A DNA stretch of 41,018 nucleotides from the NCBI RefSeq assembly GCF_001194135.2, contig NC_068981.1:73719289-73760306 (forward strand), read 5' to 3'. Numbering within the stretch: the stretch's first letter is position 1; every line of letters starts with the position of its first letter. A program made the position numbers and the translations under genes. The stretch is from Octopus bimaculoides. Its lineage: Eukaryota. This document shows, piece by piece, positions 23,050-35,932 of this stretch. The notes below the pieces were generated by a model. The model had not been told where the DNA came from. It searched no databases and was given only the letters and a program-made list of their open reading frames with translations.

Positions 23050-24240
23050 AGTTGTGTAGATGTGAAGCTCGCTTTAAAGCAACGTTCCTTCGGGTCCAGT
23101 CACATTTCGCGATAACTTTCACAAGTGTTATCTACATTCCCTTGTGAATGAGTTTGGTAAGCAGAAACACTCTGGAACACCGTCGTATATATATANNNNN
23201 NNNNNNNNNNNNNNNNNNNNNNNNNNNNNNNNNNNNNNNNNNNNNNNNNNNNNNNNNNNNNNNNNNNNNNNNNNNNNNNNNNNNNNNNNNNNNNNNNNNN
23301 NNNNNNNNNNNNNNNNNNNNNNNNNNNNNNNNNNNNNNNNNNNNNNNNNNNNNNNNNNNNNNNNNNNNNNNNNNNNNNNNNNNNNNNNNNNNNNNNNNNN
23401 NNNNNNNNNNNNNNNNNNNNNNNNNNNNNNNNNNNNNNNNNNNNNNNNNNNNNNNNNNNNNNNNNNNNNNNNNNNNNNNNNNNNNNNNNNNNNNNNNNNN
23501 NNNNNNNNNNNNNNNNNNNNNNNNNNNNNNNNNNNNNNNNNNNNNNNNNNNNNNNNNNNNNNNNNNNNNNNNNNNNNNNNNNNNNNNNNNNNNNNNNNNN
23601 NNNNNNNNNNNNNNNNNNNNNNNNNNNNNNNNNNNNNNNNNNNNNNNNNNNNNNNNNNNNNNNNNNNNNNNNNNNNNNNNNNNNNNNNNNNNNNNNNNNN
23701 NNNNNNNNNNNNNNNNNNNNNNNNNNNNNNNNNNNNNNNNNNNNNNNNNNNNNNNNNNNNNNNNNNNNNNNNNNNNNNNNNNNNNNNNNNNNNNNNNNNN
23801 NNNNNNNNNNNNNNNNNNNNNNNNNNNNNNNNNNNNNNNNNNNNNNNNNNNNNNNNNNNNNNNNNNNNNNNNNNNNNNNNNNNNNNNNNNNNNNNNNNNN
23901 NNNNNNNNNNNNNNNNNNNNNNNNNNNNNNNNNNNNNNNNNNNNNNNNNNNNNNNNNNNNNTGTGTGCGTGTGTGTGTGTGTGTGTATGAATGTATGTAT
24001 GTATGTATGTATGTATGTGTCTACGTGCGTGGGTCTTTGTGTCTGCCTGTGTATCCAAACTCTCACCTGGTATCGGTTTGTTTACGTACCTGTAGCTTAG
24101 CTGTTCGTCGGAAGATACCGATAGAATAAGTATCAAACTTTAAAACAAGTACTAGGGCCGATTTGTTCGCCTAAACTCTTTGTAGTAGTGCCCCTGCATG
24201 GCCACAGTCCAATGACTGAAACAAAGTAACAGATAAAAGA
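23050..24240 (+). mobile_element. SINE family B whose internal microsatellite spans the 766-N gap
   Basis: Decayed head and body ending accgtcgtatatat before the gap; matching 3' part (tttacgtacctgtagcttagctgttcg...gatagaataagta) after it. Confidence 0.72.
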
Positions 24241-24630
24241 CACCGATGCCTGGTTATATTCAATAGCTTAGTCTGGCGATGGTCTACTGAATGATAAAAC
24301 AACATGAGGCTAACCTATACTGTAACATAACGATATCTCTTCAAATAATTCCAGGCCAAGTTCTCATCTATCTCAAAATTTATTAAGTTTTGGACATGTT
24401 CAATAAGTGATGACTTATCGATCGATACATATAAATACATTTTAAATGTCGCTTCGAATGTTGAATATTAAAAGATATGCTATCTTAAACTTGAAAATAA
24501 CGCAGGGAAGTCGATGAAGTCAACGCGAAAACGCTTTGATGTGGTTTAAGTAGTAATGTTAGACGCAAGTGTGGATTATTACTCCTACTGAAAGCTAGCA
24601 AGACTATCCTTTCTAAATATAAAGAATTAC

Positions 24631-24757
24631 AGGGCTGTGTGGTAAAGCAGTTTGCTTTCTAAGCGCAGAGTTTCGGGTTCTGTCCCACTACTATAGCGCC
24701 TGGCTGACCAAAGCCTTGTAAGTAGATGTGATAGACAGAAACTAAAAGAAGCTCATC

Positions 24758-24760
<3 letters not shown>
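24631..24760 (+). mobile_element. SINE family B head/body
   Basis: ggctgtgtggtaa...actatagcgcc...ccaaagccttgt...aaagaagctcatcg. Confidence 0.8.
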
Positions 24761-24799
<39 letters not shown>

Positions 24800-24803
24800 A
24801 TGT

Positions 24804-24892
<89 letters not shown>

Positions 24893-24967
24893 CATATATG
24901 TATCTATATATACGTATGTATATATATATATATATGTATTATGTATATATATATGTATGTATATGCA

Positions 24968-25004
<37 letters not shown>
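24761..25004. repeat. Compound (TG)n/(TA)n microsatellite
   Basis: Direct reading. Confidence 0.97.
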
Positions 25005-25432
25005 TGCCCACTATGGTCTCCCCAATCGAAGCAACTCATTATGAAAGTGGAAGCACTCCAGATAGACGGCATGCGAGGCAGTGATTATTGGGGGCCGACT
25101 AAAAAAAACTCAATCTCTACACTCTCCAACGCCGCCGGGAGCGCTATGTCATTTGTGTGTTGTGGGAAATATTCCATGAATATTGCACAAATGATGCTGG
25201 CATCAATTTTAAAATTCCTCCAAGACTTGGCCTCCGTACTATCCGCCCACTACAAAAATCGAACTCAGGGCACATAGCAACATTACGTCACAATTACTTT
25301 ACCTCAACCGGTCCAGCTCTTTTGATACCGTCCCAAAATACGTCAAAACGGAAATGGATACCATAGAATTCAAAAAATCCCGGACCAACCTCCTACATCT
25401 GGATATGTCTCCAACAACAATAACTCTTTGGT
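25005..25432 (+). mobile_element. 3' fragment of CR1/L2-like LINE ORF2
   Basis: [38 protein letters not shown] and IPDQPPTSGYVSNNNNSL, typical of CR1-clade C-termini; frameshifted. Confidence 0.8.
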
Positions 25433-26612
25433 AAGCGTGGGCGATGGTGACCAATATATGACTAAAAGACTTCACCAGGTGGTGCTATCAAATTAGACAT
25501 GGCCTGGGCCTATACTATATTCTATACGCCGATAGAATAAATACCAGACTTCAAAGAAATCAGTACTGAGGTTGATTTTTTTTCGGCTAAAACCCTCTAA
25601 GGCGTTGCTGAAACAAGTAAAAGATAACAGATAAAGATATAAAAATAGATTTTCTATGAGAATGCTCACATTGTAACAGAGTCACACTAGAGCTATGGGA
25701 GTGAGTTTCCAGTTATGAAATTAAACACACTGAGGGACAACACAATCTGGGCTGGTTGATATTACAATAAATATCTAATCAAAAATGCTCCAGACATTAA
25801 TTAATGTTTTATGCACCTCATGTATCCATCAGTAGAGAGAAGAAATGAGTATTCAGTATACGAACGCTATTTATAGTAGTTTGGGCCATTTTAAATGATG
25901 ACCATCTACTAATAAGCATATTTAGACGTACGAAATATAAATTAATGTCACCTTTAATCAGATATCAATTTTAGTAGCTACTTCTGTAAAGTGTGCGCTT
26001 CTCCAATTTATTTTATGTATAACCACGCACACACACAATGCATTATATTTGTATGTGTATATACGTGTGTGTTCAAGGTGTGACATTATACAGCATCTGC
26101 TAGGGAAGCTCCAGTTCGGGAGTTTCGGAGTCGTAAGAAGCGTGGAGACACCCTTTAAATACCATTACTTTGTTCTAGTATGTTCTGACCCTGAACGGTA
26201 GTACCTGCGGGGCTCCCATTTATGGGTTAAATGAATTTCCCAAGGATAGAGTAGGTTCTAGTTGTTTTTGACAAAGCCGTAGGAGGGCAGCCCTTGTAAG
26301 AGAAAAATACTCTGACAAAAAAAATTGCAGTGAAAATAGTACCAGTCACCTTGTAATGCATGTCATTGGAACCTACTATGGCGATTGAACGAGTGGAAAA
26401 CGTGTTGTAGAAGATTTTGTGACTTAAATTCAGTGATGTACTGATGTATCAATATCATTTCATTTCTTGATTTGTTTTGCAATTTTAATAAGTCCTCCGG
26501 TGATGTATTCGTGGGAAAAAGTCCTATCTGCGCACAAGTGGGGATGAAATTAAATCAAAATAAACAGGCTGAATACGAGACGGAAATCATCTGACAAGAT
26601 GAGGCAATAATT

Positions 26613-26675
<63 letters not shown>

Positions 26676-27513
26676 CATATACATACATGTATACACACGC
26701 ACACACACACATACACACATATATATATATATATACATTTATACAGGTGAAGGGACAAACAAAAGAAAAAGACACTCAATACATTTAGTATGTGTTACAT
26801 ATATTATTATTTTAAACAGTTTGATTCAACCCATGCAACAAAAGATTTTAGGCTTCTTACAAAAATCTAGATCGTCGGTAACAAGTAGCCGAATGAAGTG
26901 ATGCAGGGAGTCTAAGATGGATTCTGGAAATTATGCTGTTATTGATCAAAGCGAGTCACATGTTGATTTTAGAAGTGAGATCGACATTCCAACGACACCA
27001 AATGCATTAAAAAGAATTACTTGGAGTGCGTGGATGGACAGGAAGTTGGTGGCTTTTTGTTGTCTGGCTGGTCTTTGAAGGGACTTGCAGGACATCAAAT
27101 CCATGGCTGGGATGGATGTATGTGTGTAGGTATATACCAGCTGTATGAGTGCGTAGGAGTGAGTGCCTGATGCCTAGACATGTGTATCTGCTATGTGTGT
27201 AGTGAGAGACGCGCGTGACGCTGAAATCAGGCAATTACTACCCTTATAGGAAGCTCAAATAGGTACACCCACAGAAGCTCTGATCTTCCCCCCTCCCACT
27301 GCTGTAATTATCATATTTCTTCCACCTGTGAACTTCAAACTTATTACTGCCACCTAGTGAACTTCAAACCACTGGCAACCGACAACACAGATATACCACC
27401 TTAACATTGGCTTCGCCTCAACACTGGCTGTCCCATAACCAAGGGTTCCTAACCACCAATGCCTGCGCAGACCGTTGGCTAACCTTCCAAACTCATGCAT
27501 CCACAGTAACCTC

Positions 27514-28018
27514 CTACGTTCGTCTCCATATACATGGATACATATACGCAGCCGACATAGAAACGGTTGTGGGAATGTATTGTCTTGAAATGTTTTTCAT
27601 ATGCTTATTGCTTTCTTTCACATAAGCCAACCATTTCAGAGTCATGGAAGAGTTCGTTCTCTTTCTACTCCATTTTAGCCTCACTCGAGCAGCACAAATG
27701 GTCAAAAAGTGATCCGTCCATTCCTGTCGTGATATAAGTTTATCAATGACTGCATTATCAAATGTGTTCTTTAATGGAGATTTGGTAGCTATTTTTTGTA
27801 GGCTGTGTAACAATTTGTAGGCTGTGTAACAATTTGTAAAAAAGTTACAAATTAAGAAATTAAGAGGGGACGGGGGGAAACTAAAATTTTGTTGTTTTTA
27901 CACACATCGTCCCCTTTTGCCCACCTCATTATCACCCCACTTCTTTTTTCGACGCCCTCTTCTCTGGATCTTTCCACAGCCACCAGTGGGGCAGTGCCGC
28001 CTACTTTGAGAATCACTG
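27514..28018 (-). mobile_element. Probable hAT-superfamily DNA transposon end
   Basis: Minus strand begins CAGTGATTCTCAAAGTAGGCGG (hAT/Charlie-like TIR); inside is decayed ORF-like sequence (KHFKTIH). No second TIR found. Confidence 0.45.
27795..27838. repeat. 19-bp tandem duplication
   Basis: tttgtaggctgtgtaacaa x2 plus a partial third copy. Confidence 0.92.
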
Positions 28019-28583
28019 ATATAGACTGATATTGTTTTATCCCAAGTCAGATCTGATAAAGCAGGTCTATGACTAACATCTTTCTAATCGCATCAATTAA
28101 GATTTATTTTTATTTTTTGTTTTTCAACCGTAGCATTTTCGTTTTTGTAAGCTTTTGCTTTTGATAGAGTATTCCAACCTAAGCTATATGGATTATCTTT
28201 TATTATTCAGGTCCCAAATGTAGATGAGTGTTTCTTAAGTAGGCTGAAGAAATTATAATCTATTATTGGTGCTACAATATTTAAATTTAAATGAGAATTA
28301 TAGCAAGATTAACATAAATACCATGCATTCTATAATGCAAAGCATGATTAAAATCTACTCATGTCATTTTTGTCCACACTTTTTACTTCATTCAATTTGC
28401 CTGAAATAAATAAATTGATCCACTTTTGACTCCAACACCTTCAATAAAGATATATTTAAACCGTGTTCATTACAGATTAACAATTCATGAAATGCATATA
28501 TCGAAATCACTTTAAACCCAACCAATCTTATATACACACATACGCTCGCGCACACACACATATATGTAATATACTTTCTGTCC

Positions 28584-28692
<109 letters not shown>

Positions 28693-28948
28693 CCTGTCAC
28701 ATATATACATATATATATCTATATATGCATTACATCCGTATGTATATATATATAGAAAAATTGTGGTAAAGCAGAATTCACAACGTTAATAATCAGGCAC
28801 GTGGTATACGTATGGCAATAACCCAATCCCAACAGCATCCTATTCTATTAATCCCTAATAAAGTTATCCACTACAGTTTTTTAAATATTTAAACGCATAC
28901 ATGGGCAACACACACATACACACATAGAGAGAAATTTACACACGTACG

Positions 28949-28988
<40 letters not shown>

Positions 28989-29920
28989 CATACATACGCA
29001 CTCCAATTATATATGTGTGTGAGCTGGCATGATCGTAGTAGGTAGACCATGATATATTCCTTGTTTTGTCGGTTATACAACAGGATTCCATCTAAACGAA
29101 TTGCAGTGTCACTGAGTTAACCCTAAAGTAGAAATTCATTTAAATTCGTGTGTTTAATGGGAGAATGTGTGCGCTTGTACGTATAAATGTCTATGTGATT
29201 GTATATTTTGTTAGTACTCTATATAGTTCGCAGGGTATGCTGTGTAGTCATGCCAAAATTTCTGTTGTTAATACTAACACATTCTCTCCCGCTCTCTTCC
29301 ACCACCCATAACTTTGAATAAATTGTATTATTCTTGAGCATTAAATATATTGGTTTATTCTCACCTATTGCTGAAATAATTCTCTGTCTCTTCTCTTGAA
29401 TACTAGCGTATCAGACGCATCATTTGATATCGATCTGAGATAAATTGCCAAAATAGCTATAGCATTTATTAGTCTAGCTTTCACCAGCTCACATACGAAG
29501 TTAAATTTAAGATTAAAACCGTTGGGAAACCACCCTGACAGGAAACGCTTTTTTTTTTCACTAGAATAGAAAATAATATTGAATAGCAGCAACGCCGGCT
29601 GAGTTTGCAGAAATATTAGAGTGCATTACAATATTTCCTTTCGTCACTCTTTATTCCTATTCCTCTTTATTCCTATTCCTATTTCAAAACTAGCCACAAT
29701 GTAATGACAAAATCGGTAGGAGCACTGGATAAATGGCTTGCTGTATTTGAAGGCATCAAACCTTAAATATGACGAGCCGATATTTAATATATGTTATAAG
29801 TTTCTATTTGATACATTTGGCGTATGTAAATTAAAATTACTTTCTTCTTTCAGCTTTCTCTTTCTTTAAAAACATCCAACAAATATTAAAGTATACAGGA
29901 TTACAATATAATATGGCTGA

Positions 29921-30134
29921 AGGCGGCGCACTGGCCGAAACGTTAACATGCTGGGCGAAATGCTAAGCGGTATTTCGTCTGTCTTTACGTTCTGAGTTCA
30001 AATTCCACCGAGGTCGACTTTGCCTTTCATCCTTTCGGTGTCGATAAATTAAATACCAGTTGCGTACTGGGGTTGATCTAATTGACTGGCCCCCTTCCTC
30101 AAAAATTTCGGACCTTGTACCTAGAGTAGAAAAG
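29921..30134 (+). mobile_element. Full-length SINE family A with 16-bp TSD (1 mismatch)
   Basis: aatataatatggctga (29905-29920) versus aatataatttggctga (30135-30150); tRNA-like head with gagttcaaattcc B-box-like motif. Confidence 0.93.
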
Positions 30135-31109
30135 AATATAATTTGGCTGATGATAGGTTTAACGTATAATTTAGAGATCTGTTTTCATTGATATGTCTGA
30201 AGAAGGCTGCTTAATGAAGTGTATGAGAGACAAAGAGGGAACTCTAACAATCTTGCATTAAATTAAATTACTTTACTGTAGTTGAAATCTCCATTAATAA
30301 AAAGATTCAAGACACATTTTCACTAAAAAAATATTAGTATTAGAATTTCTAAGAATTTTAAAACAGTATCAACTTAATTGCATTCTTTAAGTAATAGTTA
30401 CAAATTCCTAACTAATTCGTATGCTACTTTCTTCATATTGGTAAAGCTGTACTATCCGCTGAGGATCTGTGGAACTATTTAGTCTGCAAGATTTTCATCT
30501 AATAACATCATCTCTCTTGAAAAGGAGAAAACAAATTGTATCATTTGTTTTCTCCTTTTACAAATTGCATGATGCTCCTTCAAACACAAGATATTAGTAT
30601 ATAGAAAAAATGTTGGATGGTCATGGCCTCAACATTTAAAAGGTTAGTAACAGGTTAAATAATAACAGTAGTTCGATGGGTCGACAGTAGTTGGTGTTGA
30701 CTGAATCTAAGCGTCAAATTCAATTTCCAAAAAAGAATTATTAATAACATGCTACCGATAATGGCAAAGATGCAGAAGTCGGGGTTTTGCAATTTCACCA
30801 CAACTGAATGCTTTTCTTCTGCTACTGATACACTGCTCTGCATCTTATCTCTAGACATTTATGCGAGATGCTTTCTCAAGACGAATATTGCCGTGTTGCG
30901 TTTGCTGCTTCCGACGCTAATAATGCATTACACCTTGCACGCCAGCTATTTGTGACACCAGTGATTCATTAATCCCTCTTCTTTTTATAGCTGTTGAAGA
31001 GAAATTTGTCTAAGAACGCTGCATGAAATTCTTACATCTCCAACATTGAGAGATTCATTGTCACTCTTCAAAGGCAGTGTGGTTCTCTATGATCTCATAT
31101 TTTCAGATA

Positions 31110-31128
31110 AATTATTATTATTATTATA

Positions 31129-31193
<65 letters not shown>

Positions 31194-31225
31194 CGTTGTC
31201 GTCGTCGTCGTCGTCATCATCATCA
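31110..31225. repeat. (TTA)n/(TCG)n/(TCA)n trinucleotide array
   Basis: Direct reading. Confidence 0.97.
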
Positions 31226-31567
31226 TCATCATCATCTTCATCATTTCTGACATAAATGATAGAAATTCTGGGCAAAAAGACTAGGTGAAAATATTTGGCA
31301 ATTTTCCAAGAGAAACTAAATAATTTGACACTGTCGCATGTCAAGCTTTCGTTTATTATTACATTTAGTGACAGATGACAAATATTACGCATTAATAACA
31401 TATTTCTATTTTGTGCTAAACATTGCAGTTTCAACAAAGAACATGACAGAATGAACACCAACGAAAAATAACAACATAATACTATTGTATAATAATATGA
31501 CAACATAATACTAACAACTGTGATGGTGGTGATGATGGTGATAATTTCTTCTGACTTAGACACGAAA

Positions 31568-31762
31568 TCTCAAATTTTGAGCGAATTGAGCACAGTTGAT
31601 TATTTCGACTCCAGTACTTGCTAGCACTTTATTTTATCGATCCCAGAGGGACGAAAGAAAAAGTTAGCCTGTGCAGGGTTTGAGATCTGAGCTTAAAGAG
31701 CCGAAAGAAATACTACAAGGCATTGTGCTGGCCACAATAACAACTCGGCTAATCTGTCGCCT
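31568..31762 (-). mobile_element. Decayed SINE family A
   Basis: tcgactccagtacttg...gaaagaaaaagttagcct...tttgagatctgagc. Confidence 0.72.
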
Positions 31763-31820
31763 TTTCAGCAAAGCGTTAAGGGTGATATAGTCATCTATTA
31801 GGATGACAGGAAGTATTTAT

Positions 31821-32191
31821 GTGGCCTGTTTATCTGCTACAAATAGCAACCAAATGTCCTTCAGTCATATGTCACTACCTTCGAAAAACATTGAAAATGC
31901 GTAAAAAAGGATGGATGATCACAGCTATATCTTTGATCATAAATCCACTCGAGCAGAGTTTACCTAGGGCTAAAATATAACAACAACTGAGAGTTTCAAT
32001 GTGGCAGCTCGAACAGCTAGAAATAGCTGTCAAATCTTCTTTAAATTACACCACACCGTCCTTAGAAAAGTAGACATTATATAATGTGACCCTGAGTTTC
32101 TTATGCATAGGAAAAAGACGAATGGTCACGGTTAGAATGCTTCTGACCATAGATTTACCACAGCGAGATTTGACGTAATAAGCATCAACAA
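31821..32191 (+). mobile_element. Tandem pair of interspersed repeat family E (31821-31987, 32001-32191), ending in (AAC)n-like tails
   Basis: Both start gtggc...ctagaaatagc..caaat and contain gatggtca.gg..agaatgc...gatcata; related fragments at 13610-13770 (+), 28020-28085 (-) and 35205-35314 (-). Confidence 0.65.
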
Positions 32192-32490
32192 TTGGTTGCC
32201 TCTATGCGGTAGAGAGAGAGGTGGGGAGAGAGAGAAGGGTGAAACCTGCGAGCTAGTGGTCATAGTGTGCCATTGAGTATGCGAATCAGACGGTTCCTTT
32301 ATATGGGACACAGTGTTAGATGCTTTGTTCCAACAGAACCGCCCCAGACATTTGAGCGATATATTCTGGGGCGCATTTCTGTTTTGTAGAGGATCAACAA
32401 CATTTTACGGTCCTGGATATACAGGATGTATACACATACATACATACATACATACATACATACATACATAAGTGTGTGTGCATGCGGGTA

Positions 32491-32532
<42 letters not shown>

Positions 32533-32537
32533 CGTGC

Positions 32538-32589
<52 letters not shown>

Positions 32590-32994
32590 GTGTGTAAGAT
32601 GGAGGTGATAAAATGTGAAGGCTATGCTTAACTTTATCGTAAGAACTCAGTTGGGAGGATCATAGAGCATTTGTCAAATCCGCTTTTATAGAGATTGGTT
32701 CTCTATATCAGAATCGCCATTATTCGACCTCGTAATGGTATACTGGTGCTAAATCATTAATGGTATTTCCTTCTCTTTCGTCAACTCCTAAAGCGACTTT
32801 AGCATTATTGGTCTTGCTTTTGGCAGCTAAACTTCGATCCTTTTTCCATGATCAAGACATTGCTTTTATTATCCCTGTTTTGCAAATATTTCCGCAGTCA
32901 TTGTTCGGCCAATTTTCCATTTATCAATTTTCTTTTCTTCCGCTTAAGATAACTAATCGAGTGACTCGTATGACTTGCCTCTTAGAAAAGCAAA

Positions 32995-33003
32995 ATAATA
33001 ATG

Positions 33004-33063
<60 letters not shown>
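32995..33063. repeat. (TAA)n microsatellite
   Basis: Direct reading. Confidence 0.97.
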
Positions 33064-33400
33064 GATAAATTATTTATACCATCTTACGTGTCAATTGCTT
33101 CGTATTTCAAAATTAGAGGTATTCATCAACGTGTATTCATTCTTTTCTATTGACTTTAGAAATGGAAAAATGGAAGATGTAACGTTTATACTTTTCTCAA
33201 GAGCGTTACAGAAGCAAATGAAATAACAACCAATAGAAATCGAAACTACATTGCGAATTGAGTTAGTTGGAAGCTGACCACCAATGAAATACGGCCACTA
33301 ACCACACAATTATTGATCTACAGAGATCAATCCTTACCTTTTTTTGTTCATATTTTTACACTATTTCAGGAAACAAACGTTCTGAGGCTCTGTTGTAATG
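33064..33400 (-). pseudogene. Decayed coding segment, copy 1 (unknown protein)
   Basis: About 70 open codons (GQLPTNSIRNVVSISIG...CNALEKSINVTSSIFPFLKSIEKNEYTLMN); homologous to 35610-35932 (+) and 33990-34082 (-); many third-position differences between copies. Confidence 0.4.
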
Positions 33401-33661
33401 TTTGAAGAACGTTATAATAGAATGGCGAGTTAGCTGGCAGTGAGATTACAACCTAATTCAAGAGAAAGTATGTGGTTACAGCTGATGAAGGTCCTGCTTT
33501 TAGACTTCTTTAAGGATTCACATTAAGAAATTATCAAAGAGCAAAACTAAATATATACGGTTATGTATTTGTTTTGCACGATTCTTTATAGGAAACCATG
33601 TGTTGAAACAGATATTGCTATATTTGGGGATGGTCATATTTTGCTAATTAAACACCCGCAT

Positions 33662-33870
33662 TATATATTTGTTCTTTAGCTCAGCTTTATTACTATTATT
33701 TTAGTTTCTTTGTCAAAGACTTTTCGTCACACGTTCTGTTACCTCTTCAGTAACTCTCTATCCGCTGTGTCTCCTCTTGTCCTGAAGAGGTCACAGAATG
33801 TGTGACGAAAGGACTTTGATACAGAAACTAAAATAATAGTAATAAAGCTGAAGTGAAGACTAAATATATA
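33662..33870. repeat. Fold-back inverted repeat, arms about 89 bp (33662-33750 / 33782-33870)
   Basis: cagctttattactattattttagtttct...tttcgtcacac.ttctgt.acctcttcag versus its reverse complement ctgaagagg...aaagctg. Confidence 0.93.
33776..33824 (+). ncRNA. Candidate minimal type-I hammerhead ribozyme
   Basis: Stem I CUUGUC / GAUA(C)AG; CUGAAGA (33782-88) plus an extra G; perfect stem II GUCACA-GAAUG-UGUGAC; GAAA (33807-10); quasi-palindromic stem III AGGACUU; cleavage triplet UUU (poor). Confidence 0.5.
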
Positions 33871-33989
33871 TTTTTATGTAAAATTATATAATTAGTGTTC
33901 ACGGGATCTTTAAATATACCACGTTTTATAAATGTTGGATACATTTATAGATATTCACAACAATGTTCCATTAGGTTTAAGATTTCGAT

Positions 33990-34082
33990 TATTCATTCTC
34001 TTTATTGACTTTGCAAATGGGAAAATGGAAGTCGTAACGTTTATGCTTTTCTCAAGAGCATTACAGAAGCAAGTAAAATAAC
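33990..34082 (-). pseudogene. Decayed coding segment, copy 2 (short)
   Basis: CNALEKSINVTTSIFPFAKSI, colinear with 33133-33227. Confidence 0.35.
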
Positions 34083-34477
34083 GATTTTGTTCCATAATTG
34101 AAGTTTCTAAAAGCGTATCACTTGAACACATATCGTGACAAGTATAATAACATTTTAGATGCTTCGTCATTTTTCTTCTACGATTATTGCCAAATGTACA
34201 CCATTCTATTTATCAAAAAATCTATTGTAAACATTATAAAAATTATTTATTTTTAGTGAATTATAAATTTAAATTGAACGGTAATTGTATTTACATTTTT
34301 GTTAAAAGAGAATGTTTCGAAGATACTTAGCTAAATGGAAGTGAATAAAAAATGTTACCTCATATTTATAGATATATTTTGTAAATACAAAATATATAAT
34401 TTTACTAATAGAACAAGTATATTTTGACGCAATGAAATCGTTTTTTTACCTCAAACTCTTAGTCGGAAATTCATCGT

Positions 34478-34750
34478 TTATTTCTATCTATTACATGTTT
34501 CAGTCATTAGACTGCGCCGTCCGTGCTTATTTTTTTAAGCCTGATATTTATTCTATCGGTGTCTTTGCTGAACCGCTAGTTTACGGGGATGTTAACACAT
34601 TAACATTAGTTGTCAAATAGTGGAGTGGAGAAATAAACACGGGCACAAAGACACATGTAGACACATACGTACATACATATATATACGACGGGCTTCTCTC
34701 AGTTTCTGTCTACCAAATCCATTTACAAGGCTTTGGTCAGCTTGTGGCTG
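34478..34750 (-). mobile_element. SINE family B
   Basis: Reverse complement of the family B 3' part and body. Confidence 0.87.
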
Positions 34751-35019
34751 ACAACATACCCACATCTACTCCTATCTCCAAAAGTATTTTAGGATGAGGG
34801 TAACGATAATTATTTTTCATATGGAAGTGATTTAATTACATAATATCAATCGGTTTTGCTATGTAAAAATTCATTATATTGAGACTTTTACAACTGACCC
34901 TACCAACTGCCGTCATGTATCACTGCATCCCATATAAAGCAACTGGGTAATTCACACAACTTTACTCAGTGGCACACTTCAACCACTAGTTCACTAAGTA
35001 GCCCTTCTTTCTTTGTCTG

Positions 35020-35071
<52 letters not shown>

Positions 35072-35098
35072 NNNNNNNNNNNNNNNNNNNNNNNNNNN

Positions 35099-35171
<73 letters not shown>

Positions 35172-35609
35172 CGCAAAAGCTCCCAGTTGTTGATGTTTTT
35201 TCTAATGTCAGCATTCTAACCATGACCATCCGTTTTCTTAATGTGCTCGTTGCTGATAGTGAGGTGTAATTTGATGACGACTCGACTCCTATTTCTAACC
35301 ATTCCAGAGGCCACACTGAGGCACCTTGCAATATCTCAACAGTGACCACACCCACTTCGCCATCTTAAACTTCCGTAAACATATATTATAGGCATGTAAC
35401 CTAGGTATTTCATATCAGGCTCAGCTAAAATTATTAGAATTTTTTTGAAATCACACCCAATAAACCAGCAATAAATCGGTACTAAAATGGACAACTTCAA
35501 TTTGTAGGCTGCTGCAAAAGAAAAGAAGAAATTAAACCAGGAGCTACCTTAAAACCATAATGCGATTATCACAACATTTCAAATAATTAAAGTTATATCT
35601 ATCTATCAA

Positions 35610-35932
35610 TGACAGTTCCATAAGACATATGTTCGAGAAAAAGAACTTCAAGATTATAAACCCTTTATACAGGTAAGGGCAACAGTGAAAAGATGTGGTT
35701 AGTGAATATATTTCATAGGTAAACTTCCAGCAAACTGAATCTATAACCAAGTTTTGATTTCGATTGGTGATTGTCTAATACTCTTGATGCTCTTAAGAAA
35801 AGCAAAAACGTCACATCTTCCATTTTCCCCATTTCTGAAATCAACAGAAAAGAATAAATACGCGCTGATGAATAACATTGATCAGGAAGTTCAAAGCAAT
35901 TTACACGAGAATGGCATAAATAATTTATTCTT
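35610..35932 (+). pseudogene. Decayed coding segment, copy 3, with possible 57-nt exon (35616-35672), 46-nt intron and second exon
   Basis: gacag|TTC...CAG|gtaagg...tatttcatag|G; DALKKSKNVTSSIFP-FLKSTEKNKYALMNNIDQEVQSNLHENGINNLF with frameshifts; inverted homologue of 33064-33400. Confidence 0.4.

Noticed and set aside
26917-26974. Good-context ATG (AAGATGG), MDSGNYAVIDQSESHVDFR, then GAA|gtgaga
   Set aside because: Isolated; no promoter evidence or compatible downstream exon identified.
30655-30991. TATAAAAAG on minus plus a 67-aa ORF with a hydrophobic stretch
   Set aside because: The same bases read as a polypyrimidine tract on plus; upstream ATGs intervene; no homology.
30143-33495. Isolated CTGAAGAAGG (about 30147) and CTGATGAAGG (about 33482)
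   Set aside because: No downstream stem II closure with GAAA and no stem I partner, so not called ribozymes.
35164-35355. AAGATGGCG start-like motif and 63-aa ORF (minus)
   Set aside because: Most of it is a reverse copy of repeat family E.
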